Below are positions 1 to 8,153 of a stretch of DNA of 64,000 nucleotides, piece by piece. A program made the position numbers and the translations under genes. Origin of the DNA: Clostridia bacterium (GTDB lineage Bacteria; Bacillota; Clostridia; UMGS1883; UMGS1540); NCBI GenBank assembly GCA_017442155.1, contig JAFSAU010000043.1:3020-67019 (forward strand), in the 5' to 3' direction. Below the pieces are notes generated by a model. It did no database searches. It was given only the letters and a program-made list of their open reading frames with translations, and was not told where the DNA came from. Within the stretch, counting starts at the first letter, position 1. Every line of letters starts with the position of its first letter.

Positions 1-347
1 GGCCAGTACGCCGCCGGACAGAGCGTTTTCCATAGCCGCAGGCGAATACCAAAGACGCAGATTATCCTTTGCCGAAAGCTCCTCTATAAGCGGCGTTCCC
101 TGGGGTACATAGCCGACAAGAGCGGTCCTTTCCTTTCCGGCACGGAGAAGATCTGTTTCCCCATAGAGAAACCGACCACCGCCGGGACGGGTCACGCCGG
201 CCAAAATCTGGAGCAGGGTGGATTTTCCGCTGCCATTGCCCCCTAAAATGCCGATACAGCTCCCCGTCTCTGCCGTGAGGGTTACGTCCCGGAGTACCGT
301 CTTTTTTCCGTAATTCTTTTCTATCTGTTCAATTGCAATTTTATCCA
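1..347 (-). CDS. ABC transporter ATP-binding protein; the N-terminus is at 347 and the gene runs off the window start
   Basis: Minus-strand translation from the ATG at 347-345 reads MDKIAIEQIEKNYGKKTVLRDVTLTAETGSCIGILGGNGSGKSTLLQ, which carries a Walker A motif (GGNGSGKST). The ORF continues past position 1. Confidence 0.7.
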
Positions 348-446
348 TTTTGTCAATGTCCTTACATAAAGAGCCGTTTCCGGGCACAGCCCCGGTCTCC
401 CGGAGCCATGCTGAAAGAAACGGCCCTTCTATTTCGTTTTACTGCA

Positions 447-2303
447 CTACAGGCGCGGATCCACGATTCCCGTTCCTTCGCCGCCGTGCCATATGTCCTT
501 CTCCGGCACCGGGTTTGTCATTGTCTCCAGCTGGGACGCAAGTGCCTCCGGCATTCCGGCCGCGCGCAGCTTGCCCACGAGGTCTGCCGGTTTAAATCCG
601 GAGTTTGCCAGCCAGGCTTCCAGCTCCCGCTCATCTTCACCGTTTATGTAGGATGCAGGCAGCTTTATTAAGCCGCTTCCACCGCCGTTCACCTCTGTCT
701 GTACGGAAGCAAACAGGGTTCCGCCGGTATAAACGCTCATTTCTACCCCGGCCTCTTTTTCGGAATCCTGCGTAAAGGTCATATCCAGCCGGGCGTCCTT
801 CAGAACTGCCGCTATCTCGGCGTCATACATTCCCAGCATATTCTGCAGTCCTTCGGACAAGGCGATGCTGATTTTTCCATCCAGCATTCCCTTTGCCAGT
901 TTTGCATCGTCCACATCGGACAGCGTAATGACTGCCAGCTTCATATCATTATACCGAAGCTCGTATGTCCCGCTGACCTTCCCGCCGGCTTCTTCGCCGC
1001 TTCCTTCAAAGATGACTGCTGTACCGGGAGCTGTAACCTGCAGCATCATACCGGTTTCTCTGCCCTTTTCCACCGTGCAGAAAGAAACCTCCACAGCTTC
1101 TTCCTCCACCTCTGCACCAATCCCCACGATTTCACCGCGGTTATTCGCATATATTTTCAGCTCGCATACTGTTTCCCTGGACGCATCATAGGAATCCACT
1201 TCATCCAGGAAATCGTCTATATTTTCCCGCATTATGTCATACGCCTCATCAGCATCCATGCCGAATTCCTCGATGCTTGCGGCCTTCTTGATGATATTTT
1301 TGATCTCTTTATCTTCCTTTGCTTCCCTGCAGACCGCTTCTGCGATATCCATCGCTGTTTTTTCGCTGATTTCTGCTGTCAGCACAGTAAGCTTCTGGGA
1401 AATGCCGCCGGCCTCTACGGTTTCCACGTCCTTTTCCACATCGTCCAGCTCTCCGACAACGGCATCCGTATACCGGCAAATCAGTTTTTTCAGCACATCT
1501 TCTTCCGGAATAATGTCCATCATCCGGCGCATTAGCTCCATCGCTTCCGTCTGGCTTTCCATCACAGAATTGTACTCCGAGCCCATCGGAAACCCGATAC
1601 CGGTCTCGCTGATTTCGGGCACGGTCAGGTACAGCATTCCGCCTTCTCCGTCAATGGCAACATTTCCGGAAATCAGGTCGGTGCCGTTCAGCGACAGGTC
1701 GGCATTGAGGCCCATCATAGAATCCTGCATCGCCACATCCATACCTAAACCTACGCTGTTTATCCAGGACGTTATCAGTTCCGCTTCACTGCCACCGGTT
1801 TCCTTCAGCAGATTTTTCATGCCGTCGCCCATCGTGAACGTGAACTCTCCCGTGGCATTGTCCACTGTGGACTGCGGTTTCCGCAACAACTTTAGCTGTA
1901 CAGCAAACTCACCCGAAAAATCCTCCGCACCCTTTTGCATTACATAGCCGAGATAGCTTTCCGGCGAACGGAAAGTATTTGCAATCAGATTCCCCACAAA
2001 GGGCGAAGCAAACGCCGATACCGCTACTGCCACGGCCAGTACAACTGCAATGGCGGCCACCGCAATCAGTTTTTTTCCGCACTTTTTCTTTGGCTTTGCC
2101 GTTTCCTCCGTACCAAAGGAAATAGGGGCCGTCTGCACCGGAGGCGCAGATACCGGTGTTTCACTCCCCGCCGGCTCTGCCGAAGGCATTTCTACTGCGG
2201 CCGGCGTCTCTGCAGACACTTCCGGCACCGCATTCTTCGCGCCGCATTCCGGGCAGAACTTCGCGTCCTCGCCTAAAGGTTTTCCACAATTTTCACAAAA
2301 CAT
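447..2303 (-). CDS. Zinc-ribbon domain-containing membrane protein of unknown function
   Basis: The N-terminus MFCENCGKPLGEDAKFCPECG holds two CxxC motifs, followed by a hydrophobic transmembrane segment (IAVAAIAVVLAVAVAV) and a large extracytoplasmic domain. An AAGGAGAG ribosome-binding site precedes the ATG at 2303. The ORF track starts at 2348, but the RBS supports 2303. Confidence 0.5.
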   Translation of the reverse strand: MFCENCGKPLGEDAKFCPECGAKNAVPEVSAETPAAVEMPSAEPAGSETPVSAPPVQTAPISFGTEETAKPKKKCGKKLIAVAAIAVVLAVAVAVSAFASPFVGNLIANTFRSPESYLGYVMQKGAEDFSGEFAVQLKLLRKPQSTVDNATGEFTFTMGDGMKNLLKETGGSEAELITSWINSVGLGMDVAMQDSMMGLNADLSLNGTDLISGNVAIDGEGGMLYLTVPEISETGIGFPMGSEYNSVMESQTEAMELMRRMMDIIPEEDVLKKLICRYTDAVVGELDDVEKDVETVEAGGISQKLTVLTAEISEKTAMDIAEAVCREAKEDKEIKNIIKKAASIEEFGMDADEAYDIMRENIDDFLDEVDSYDASRETVCELKIYANNRGEIVGIGAEVEEEAVEVSFCTVEKGRETGMMLQVTAPGTAVIFEGSGEEAGGKVSGTYELRYNDMKLAVITLSDVDDAKLAKGMLDGKISIALSEGLQNMLGMYDAEIAAVLKDARLDMTFTQDSEKEAGVEMSVYTGGTLFASVQTEVNGGGSGLIKLPASYINGEDERELEAWLANSGFKPADLVGKLRAAGMPEALASQLETMTNPVPEKDIWHGGEGTGIVDPRL

Positions 2304-2415
2304 ACTACCCTCTCCTTTTCTTTTTCCTATTACCATAAAAGAACACATTGTTTCTTCACGTTCATTATAGCAGATGCAAAAAATCTTGTCAATAATTTCA
2401 AAAGAAAAAAGTTAC

Positions 2416-2446
2416 TGGTATACCCGTGGACAACCGTTCATATACA
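2416..2446 (+). promoter_or_regulatory. Possible sigma-E-type sporulation promoter upstream of spoIIIAB
   Basis: GGTATAC (2416-2422) lies 15 bp upstream of CATATACAT (2438-2446), which resembles the sigma-E -10 consensus CATACA-T. It sits directly upstream of the GGGAGG RBS of spoIIIAB. Confidence 0.25.
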
Positions 2447-2471
2447 TGGGACAAGAAGGGAGGCGGCATTC

Positions 2472-2954
2472 ATGATTAAATTTCTGCTGGCAACACTTAT
2501 CATTTCCGGGTTCTGGTGTCTTGGTCAAAGCAAAAACGCACGGATGCGGGCCCGGCTCGCCGGGCTGTGGCAGTTTTCGGACGGCCTGCAGGCTATGGAA
2601 AGCGAAATCCGGGGGGTCTGTGCCCCACTTCCCGTCGCTTTTGAAGCTGCCGGGCGCAGCTGTCCCCTCTTTACGGAGGCGGCACGGCTGTGCGGAAGGG
2701 AAAGTGCGGAGGATGCCTTTTTCCGTGCGGTGACGGCAACAGTACCGGAAGCGGAGGAAGCGGAAATTTTCCGAAGCTTTGCCGCAGGGCTTTCTGCCGG
2801 AGAAACGGCGGGACAGCTGGCAAACATTGACCGTTGCCGCACGCGGCTTGACACGCTTATAAAAAGGCTGGAAGGGGACGTCACAAGGCTCGGCAGATTA
2901 TACAGCAAAGCAGGGGTTCTGGCCGGGCTTCTGGTCGTGATTCTGTTGTTTTAA
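2472..2954 (+). CDS. spoIIIAB: Stage III sporulation protein AB
   Basis: 160 aa with an N-terminal TM segment and a C-terminal TM segment (GLLVVILLF). Size and architecture match SpoIIIAB, and it sits directly upstream of AC-AH homologues. Confidence 0.75.
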   Translation: MIKFLLATLIISGFWCLGQSKNARMRARLAGLWQFSDGLQAMESEIRGVCAPLPVAFEAAGRSCPLFTEAARLCGRESAEDAFFRAVTATVPEAEEAEIFRSFAAGLSAGETAGQLANIDRCRTRLDTLIKRLEGDVTRLGRLYSKAGVLAGLLVVILLF

Positions 2955-2963
2955 GGAGACGGC

Positions 2964-3158
2964 ATGGACATAGATTTAATTTTCAGAATAGCCGCCATCG
3001 GCATCATTGTATCGGTCCTGCACCAACTGCTGGTCCGGTCGGGCCGCGAGGAACAGGCTATGCTGACGACACTTGCGGGACTTATTGTAGTCCTTATGAT
3101 TCTGGTGCAGGAAATCAGCACCCTGTTTGAAACCATAAAAAGCATCTTCGGACTATAG
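2964..3158 (+). CDS. spoIIIAC: Stage III sporulation protein AC
   Basis: A 64-aa two-TM protein (MDIDLIFRIAAIGIIVSVLHQLL...) with an AAGGAG RBS. Size and position are typical of SpoIIIAC. Confidence 0.8.
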   Translation: MDIDLIFRIAAIGIIVSVLHQLLVRSGREEQAMLTTLAGLIVVLMILVQEISTLFETIKSIFGL

Positions 3159-3170
3159 GAGGCCGGGCTC

Positions 3171-3557
3171 TTGGAAATTCTGCGCCTTTGTGCCATCGGT
3201 ATTGCCACGGCACTTCTATCGGTTTTTTTAAAACAGCAAAAAAGTGCTCTGGCCATTCTGGTCAGCCTTTCCGGCGGTTGTTTGCTTCTGTTCTGTACGC
3301 TGCCGTATCTCCGGGATTTGTTCGCGCTGGCCGGGGAATTTGCCGGCAAAACCGGGCTTGATTCCTCCTACATAGGGGCACTCCTCCGGGTGATCGGCGT
3401 TACCTTTCTCACAGAGGTGGCCGCGGCTTTGTGCCGGGATGCCGGCGAAACGGCCATTGCGGCCAGCCTGGAGACAGCGGGGAAGCTGATTATCCTCGGT
3501 CTGTCCACGCCCATTATCACTTCTCTTTTTGAAACGGTGATTTCCGTTCTGCCATAG
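3171..3557 (+). CDS. spoIIIAD: Stage III sporulation protein AD
   Basis: 128 aa from a TTG start with a GGAGG RBS. The polytopic membrane protein is similar in pattern to B. subtilis SpoIIIAD (IGVTFLTEVAAALCRDAGETAIAASLETAGKLIIL matches IGIAYIAEFGAQLTKDAGQGAIASKIELAGKILIL). Confidence 0.8.
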   Translation: MEILRLCAIGIATALLSVFLKQQKSALAILVSLSGGCLLLFCTLPYLRDLFALAGEFAGKTGLDSSYIGALLRVIGVTFLTEVAAALCRDAGETAIAASLETAGKLIILGLSTPIITSLFETVISVLP

Positions 3558-3570
3558 AAAGGAACAAGCT

Positions 3571-4680
3571 GTGAAAAAAATTCTTTTCTTTATACTGATT
3601 CTATGCGGCCTTTGTCTGTCTGCCGGTGCCGAGCCGGTTTTTGACGCGGCAGACGGCATCAGTGCCGAGGGAAAGGACGCCGTGCAAAAAATTCTGGAGG
3701 GGTTTGACTTCCGGGACGCGGCGCAAAGTCTTTCCGAAAATACCGATGCCGGTTTTCTCGGCACACTGTGGCAGGGTCTTGTCCAATTTGTGTTCGGTGA
3801 AACGCGTGCGGCCCTTTCCATACCGCTCACTGTGGCCGCCCTCTCTGTTTTGTGCGGACTTCTGGGAAAACTCGGTGACGGAAAAGGTGCAGGCGAGGTG
3901 GGCTTTTTCATTGCCTATGCGGCCTGTGTCGGCCTTGCGGCAGCGGCCGTAGGGGACGCGGCGGAGCTCGCCCGGCGCACGGCGGAGGATATGTCCACCT
4001 TTACCGGCACAGCTATGCCGGCACTGGCTGTTTTATCCGTTTCTGCCGGCAGTGCCTCTGCCGCGGCACTGCATCCTGCCTTACTTTCAGCCGGTGCAGC
4101 GGCTTCCCTCCTGATAAGCCGGGTGGGGATTCCCGCTGTCTATGTTTCCCTGGCACTTTCGGTGGTGGGAAATCTTTCCGGTCACACGTCGCTCCGGATG
4201 CTTTCCTCCGTCATACGGAAAACCGCACTCTGGATCGTCTGCGGCAGTCTCACCCTTTTTTCTGCTGTTATCAGCGTTACCGGTTATGCCGCCGGAACAT
4301 TGGACGGCATTGCGGCAAAGGGAATTAAATATGCCACCTCCAGCCTGATTCCCGTCCTCGGCGGTCTTTTATCCGATTCGGCAGAGGCTGTCAGCTTCAG
4401 TGCGCTGGCGGTGAAAAATGCGGCAGGGGCGGCGGGAATGCTTCTACTTCTACTTTTAACGCTTTATCCCGTTATCAAAACGGCAATTTCGGCCCTTTTA
4501 TACCGGCTTTCGGCGGCTGTGGCGGCGGCAGGGGCGGACAGCCGTATTTCGTCAGCCCTTTCCGACATGGCCGACACACTGGCCACCCTTTCCGGTATGA
4601 CAGCAGCGGCAGGCGTGTTGTCCATGTTGGTAATCGGTATGCTGACCCGTTTTTCGGATGTGGGGGTGATGCTTCGGTGA
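3571..4680 (+). CDS. spoIIIAE: Stage III sporulation protein AE
   Basis: 369 aa from a GTG start with an AAAGGAA RBS. It has a signal peptide plus multiple TM segments, and its size and position match SpoIIIAE. Confidence 0.75.
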   Translation: MKKILFFILILCGLCLSAGAEPVFDAADGISAEGKDAVQKILEGFDFRDAAQSLSENTDAGFLGTLWQGLVQFVFGETRAALSIPLTVAALSVLCGLLGKLGDGKGAGEVGFFIAYAACVGLAAAAVGDAAELARRTAEDMSTFTGTAMPALAVLSVSAGSASAAALHPALLSAGAAASLLISRVGIPAVYVSLALSVVGNLSGHTSLRMLSSVIRKTALWIVCGSLTLFSAVISVTGYAAGTLDGIAAKGIKYATSSLIPVLGGLLSDSAEAVSFSALAVKNAAGAAGMLLLLLLTLYPVIKTAISALLYRLSAAVAAAGADSRISSALSDMADTLATLSGMTAAAGVLSMLVIGMLTRFSDVGVMLR

Positions 4681-5093
4681 GGGACTATATTCTGCGGGTA
4701 CTGGGCATCTCCTTTTTTACGGCCCTCTGCCACTTTTTTCTGCCGGACGGAAAGGTGCGCCGGTTTGCTGCGCCCGTTTTAGGCCTTGCCGTCACTGCGT
4801 CCATTCTCCTTCCTGCCGTTTCTCTCTTCCGGGAGGAAACAGCGGCAGACGTTTTTCTGCCTGCAGTGGAAAACGTACTGGATACAGGGATCTACGCCAG
4901 GTCAGTGGAAGAGGAATACAAAAAAAGAATTGCCGCAGAAATTGCCCGGCAGGGCGATGTAACGGCCGAAATTACCCTGGGGGACGACTTTTCCATCGAG
5001 GGGATTACACTTTCGGGTGACGTGAGTCCTGCCGTCATGCTCTACATCACAACAGAACTGGAGGTACCGAGAAGTCATGTGGAAATCCGATAA
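4677..5093 (+). CDS. spoIIIAF: Stage III sporulation protein AF
   Basis: 138 aa with a GTGA overlap onto the spoIIIAE stop. It has two N-terminal TM segments and a soluble C-terminus, and its position matches SpoIIIAF. Confidence 0.6.
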   Translation: MRDYILRVLGISFFTALCHFFLPDGKVRRFAAPVLGLAVTASILLPAVSLFREETAADVFLPAVENVLDTGIYARSVEEEYKKRIAAEIARQGDVTAEITLGDDFSIEGITLSGDVSPAVMLYITTELEVPRSHVEIR

Positions 5094-5565
5094 GCTACAA
5101 AACTTTTTATCCAAAAAGAAGAATATTTCTCTGCTTTACATCATAGTAAGTATCTGTATACTTTTACTGGCCTTCTGGGGTTGTACCCCGGAAAAAGAAA
5201 AGGAGACTGCGGTATCCTCTTCCCCGCCGGACGTCCCGGCACTCACCCAGGTGCTGGAGACAATTCTCTCCGGCATTGAAGGGGTGGACGGGGTTCAGGT
5301 TGCCGTAACCTACGAATCCGGCACGGAAACCGTCCCGCTTGCGGATATTGACGGGGAGAGCAGGACCGTGGTGACTCTTGGCTCCGGAAGCAGCGAAACC
5401 GTGGTAACGGCCAAAGAAATCATGCCCCGGGTACGGGGGGTTGTAGTCGTGGCCGGCGGAGCAGAAAATGCCCGGGTGCGGGAAAATCTTTTGTCTGCCG
5501 CGCAGGCTTTGACGGGTGCTCCCGTGCACAGCATTGCGGTGTTTCCCGCAAAAAAACAAAATTGA
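5077..5565 (+). CDS. spoIIIAG: Stage III sporulation protein AG
   Basis: 162 aa with an N-terminal TM anchor followed by a soluble domain. It overlaps the spoIIIAF stop, and its position matches SpoIIIAG. Confidence 0.6.
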   Translation: MWKSDKLQNFLSKKKNISLLYIIVSICILLLAFWGCTPEKEKETAVSSSPPDVPALTQVLETILSGIEGVDGVQVAVTYESGTETVPLADIDGESRTVVTLGSGSSETVVTAKEIMPRVRGVVVVAGGAENARVRENLLSAAQALTGAPVHSIAVFPAKKQN

Positions 5566-5695
5566 CTTTGTCAATAAGTGTTCGCTACGCTCCCTTTTTA
5601 TAAGGTGAATTCTCTTGTTACAAGCAATTGCTGACGCAATTTCCTATGTAATAAAAAGTGCGGTATTTCCCGCAGAAAAGAAAGGAAGAAAAAAC

Positions 5696-6196
5696 ATGGT
5701 AGTTTTAAAACGGAAACAAATTCTGATTGCAGGTATTGCTGCGCTGGTGGCCATAGCCGGGTACTTAAACTTTTCCTATGGGGAAAGCGAGACGGCAGGA
5801 ACGGAGCTGGGCGAGGTCAAGCTTGTCAGCAGTGATTCTGCCAGTGAAGCCGACTTTTTCAGCGAAGCAAGGCTGGAGCGGGAAATCGGGCGGTCCCAGA
5901 GCGTAGCGTCATTGCAAAGCATTGCCCGGGATGCATCGACCAGCGAGACAGGCCGGGCGGCGGCAGAAGCGGAAATGGTGGAGCTTACGCGCCTTTCTGA
6001 AACGGAAAGTACCATTGAATCCATCATCTGTGCCAAAGGATTTGAGGACGCGGTTATCTATATTTCCGAGGGGAAGGTGACAGCAATTATTAAGGCCGAA
6101 AAGCTGGAAAGTGAAGATGTGGCAAAAATTGTGGATGTGATTACGACCCAGACCGGTATTCCGGCGGCAGACATCAATATTGTAGAGGCACAGTGA
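5696..6196 (+). CDS. spoIIIAH: Stage III sporulation protein AH
   Basis: The ATG at 5696 is preceded by an AAAGGAAG RBS; the ORF track's TTG at 5615 is less likely. The protein has an N-terminal TM anchor and an acidic, Ser/Glu-rich soluble domain typical of SpoIIIAH. Confidence 0.65.
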   Translation: MVVLKRKQILIAGIAALVAIAGYLNFSYGESETAGTELGEVKLVSSDSASEADFFSEARLEREIGRSQSVASLQSIARDASTSETGRAAAEAEMVELTRLSETESTIESIICAKGFEDAVIYISEGKVTAIIKAEKLESEDVAKIVDVITTQTGIPAADINIVEAQ

Positions 6197-6257
6197 GTTT
6201 TGCTACTTTTTTGCAGTAAAGCGCAAGGGCTGTATAATAAGAGACGGTACTTTAAAA

Positions 6258-6283
6258 GGCTGAACGGTTGGTTCAGCCTTTTT
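6258..6283. terminator. Bidirectional Rho-independent terminator
   Basis: Hairpin GGCTGAAC-ggtt-GGTTCAGCC is followed by TTTTT and preceded by AAAA. It lies between spoIIIAH (+) and the convergent minus-strand gene. Confidence 0.7.
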
Positions 6284-6296
6284 GTAAGTCCGGACA

Positions 6297-7076
6297 TTAT
6301 TTTTTAGATAGTCTTGCGTCAGCAATTCCAAAAGAAGTATAGTAATCCGCTGTGATCCATTCCATTTCTGGTATGAAATTCTGGATTTCTGCATGAATTT
6401 TAAGTATTTTATATTGAGATATATCAATGTTGAAAGGCGTTATTTTTGTTCCCTTGCTTATTATGGGAGATGCATAAAGCAAGTTTCCGTCGCCATAAAA
6501 CTTCAATATTGCAGATTGAGCATTATCGGATGCAAACGAGACAATATCTCCTGTAAAATTGTTGTATGCACCATTTAGTAAATATTCAACTGTCAGGTAG
6601 GACCGTGCCGTTCCATCATTATCTGATTCGTAGTATTCCTCGTGTAATTTAAAGCGTAATCCTCTGTCAAGCTTACGTCCGGTATTATCTTTTGTCCCTG
6701 TTTCTATCGCACTGATTCCGGTTGCATTATGACTTACTTTATAATCTACATATCCCATCTGATCCAGCCAATCATACTTTTTACTCCCTAATGTGACAGT
6801 GCTCGTCTGCGCTTCCCAATCAACCTCTTTATCAAATGCATTTGCTATTGCTCTTACGGGCAGATATGTGGTCCCGTTATAAATAAACGGCTCAACCGCA
6901 TTCCCACTTACATCTGTTGGTTGATACTCTTTCCCGTCAATTAAAATTTTAATGTTATCATAAACAACATGGATTGTTTCTGATGCCTGCTTTGCAAACA
7001 CTGCTCCGCTTGTCATGATTGCTCCAATCAGCACTCCTGTAATTATTCCCTGTACTCTTTTTTTCATTTTGTTCAC
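6297..7076 (-). CDS. Secreted protein with a copper-amine-oxidase N-terminal-like (stalk) domain
   Basis: A signal peptide (MNKMKKRVQGIITGVLIGAIMTSGAVFA) is followed by IKILIDGKEYQPTDVSGNAVEPFIYNGTTYLPVRAIANAFDKEVDWEAQTSTVTL, which resembles the Cu_amine_oxidN1 fold. The gene lies in an AT-rich stretch. Confidence 0.5.
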   Translation of the reverse strand: MNKMKKRVQGIITGVLIGAIMTSGAVFAKQASETIHVVYDNIKILIDGKEYQPTDVSGNAVEPFIYNGTTYLPVRAIANAFDKEVDWEAQTSTVTLGSKKYDWLDQMGYVDYKVSHNATGISAIETGTKDNTGRKLDRGLRFKLHEEYYESDNDGTARSYLTVEYLLNGAYNNFTGDIVSFASDNAQSAILKFYGDGNLLYASPIISKGTKITPFNIDISQYKILKIHAEIQNFIPEMEWITADYYTSFGIADARLSKK

Positions 7077-7163
7077 CTTCCATGTATGTTATTTTTTATG
7101 TTATATATTATAACATATATCTGTGTGTTTTGTCAAGATATAATTTATGTGAGGTGAAATTTC

Positions 7164-7352
7164 ATGAAAGATAAGCTTATTATTAATAAAAAGAATTTAA
7201 AAGGAGAAGATGGGCATAAAGTATTTTCTGTACGCATAAAAGAAGATACTATTTTGAAATTGAACAATTTATCTGAACAAACAAATCGTTCAAGAAATGA
7301 GCTGATTAACATTTTATTAGAGTATGCTATCGATAATTGTAAGGTGCAATAA
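7164..7352 (+). CDS. Small ribbon-helix-helix (CopG/Arc-like) DNA-binding protein
   Basis: 62 aa. KVFSVRIKEDTILKLNNLSEQTNRSRNELINILLEYAI fits a beta-strand plus two-helix RHH pattern. No partner toxin gene is adjacent. Confidence 0.35.
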   Translation: MKDKLIINKKNLKGEDGHKVFSVRIKEDTILKLNNLSEQTNRSRNELINILLEYAIDNCKVQ

Positions 7353-7381
7353 TGGACTTACAAAAAGAAAACCAAGATTAA

Positions 7382-7411
7382 AGGCTCTCGCAAAATTGCG
7401 AGAGCCTTTTT
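7382..7411. terminator. Bidirectional Rho-independent terminator
   Basis: A perfect 9-bp stem GGCTCTCGC-aaaatt-GCGAGAGCC is followed by TTTTTC. It sits between convergent genes. Confidence 0.8.
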
Positions 7412-7436
7412 CTGTTCTCAGACTTGTTGTATTCTT

Positions 7437-7919
7437 TTATTTAGCAGCTTTCTTCAGCTTCAGTCCGTAGTAGATGTAGGAAGCAACCAGGTAAACGGCC
7501 AGAAGAATGTAAAGTACATTAAACCGGAACTGGCTGGTGACAGAAACCACGCCTTCGCCCAGGTCAATCCCGCGAATCAGGCAATACAGCTGATAAATCC
7601 ACTTTGTGAACGTGGCTGTGCCGGAAATCTCCTGCATAAAGAGTGCGCCCACGGCGAAATACGGAATGACGAACAGATACTTTTTGTCCTTCTTCCAGAA
7701 ATACAGTGCCACCATAGCGGCAACACCGACCACGCCTGCCCACTGCAGAATTTTCACGAAAACGCGGGTCTGCGAAGCGTACACGGAATTGAGCCAATTT
7801 CCCAAAAAGAGCAGCACCATGGCCGAAACCAGTGCAATGGCTGTGGCAAGCACAACTTTGTTATCAATTCTCTCCCGTTCTTCTTTTGAAAGCTTATTTT
7901 TCGGTTTTTGCTGTTTCAT
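7437..7919 (-). CDS. Polytopic membrane protein of unknown function
   Basis: 160 aa with a GGAGGG RBS. It has 4-5 predicted hydrophobic helices and a Lys-rich N-terminus. Confidence 0.5.
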   Translation of the reverse strand: MKQQKPKNKLSKEERERIDNKVVLATAIALVSAMVLLFLGNWLNSVYASQTRVFVKILQWAGVVGVAAMVALYFWKKDKKYLFVIPYFAVGALFMQEISGTATFTKWIYQLYCLIRGIDLGEGVVSVTSQFRFNVLYILLAVYLVASYIYYGLKLKKAAK

Positions 7920-8153
7920 AATTACCCTCCTGTTTTTTTATACAACGTATATTATATCGTCTTTTTACGGCAAAGTCAATCTTTTTTGGAAAAATTTTAG
8001 TTTTTTGCCGCCTTTTTACGGTGCACAGATGCTGCCGGGGCACAGTGCGCAAAAGATGCAGTGGCAGGAAAAAGAAAAAAAGTGTAAGCTGAATACGTCA
8101 ATTGACAAAGTGCCTTGTCGCGAAAGGCGCAAAACAGGAAAGGAGAGAAAAGA

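Noticed and set aside
865-1947. Plus-strand ORFs of 108 and 237 aa (865-1191, 1234-1947) inside the zinc-ribbon gene
   Set aside because: They are antisense to a well-supported 618-aa minus-strand CDS. Their Ser/Thr/Ala-rich, low-complexity translations are typical of the reverse frame of a GC-rich gene. No RBS precedes them.
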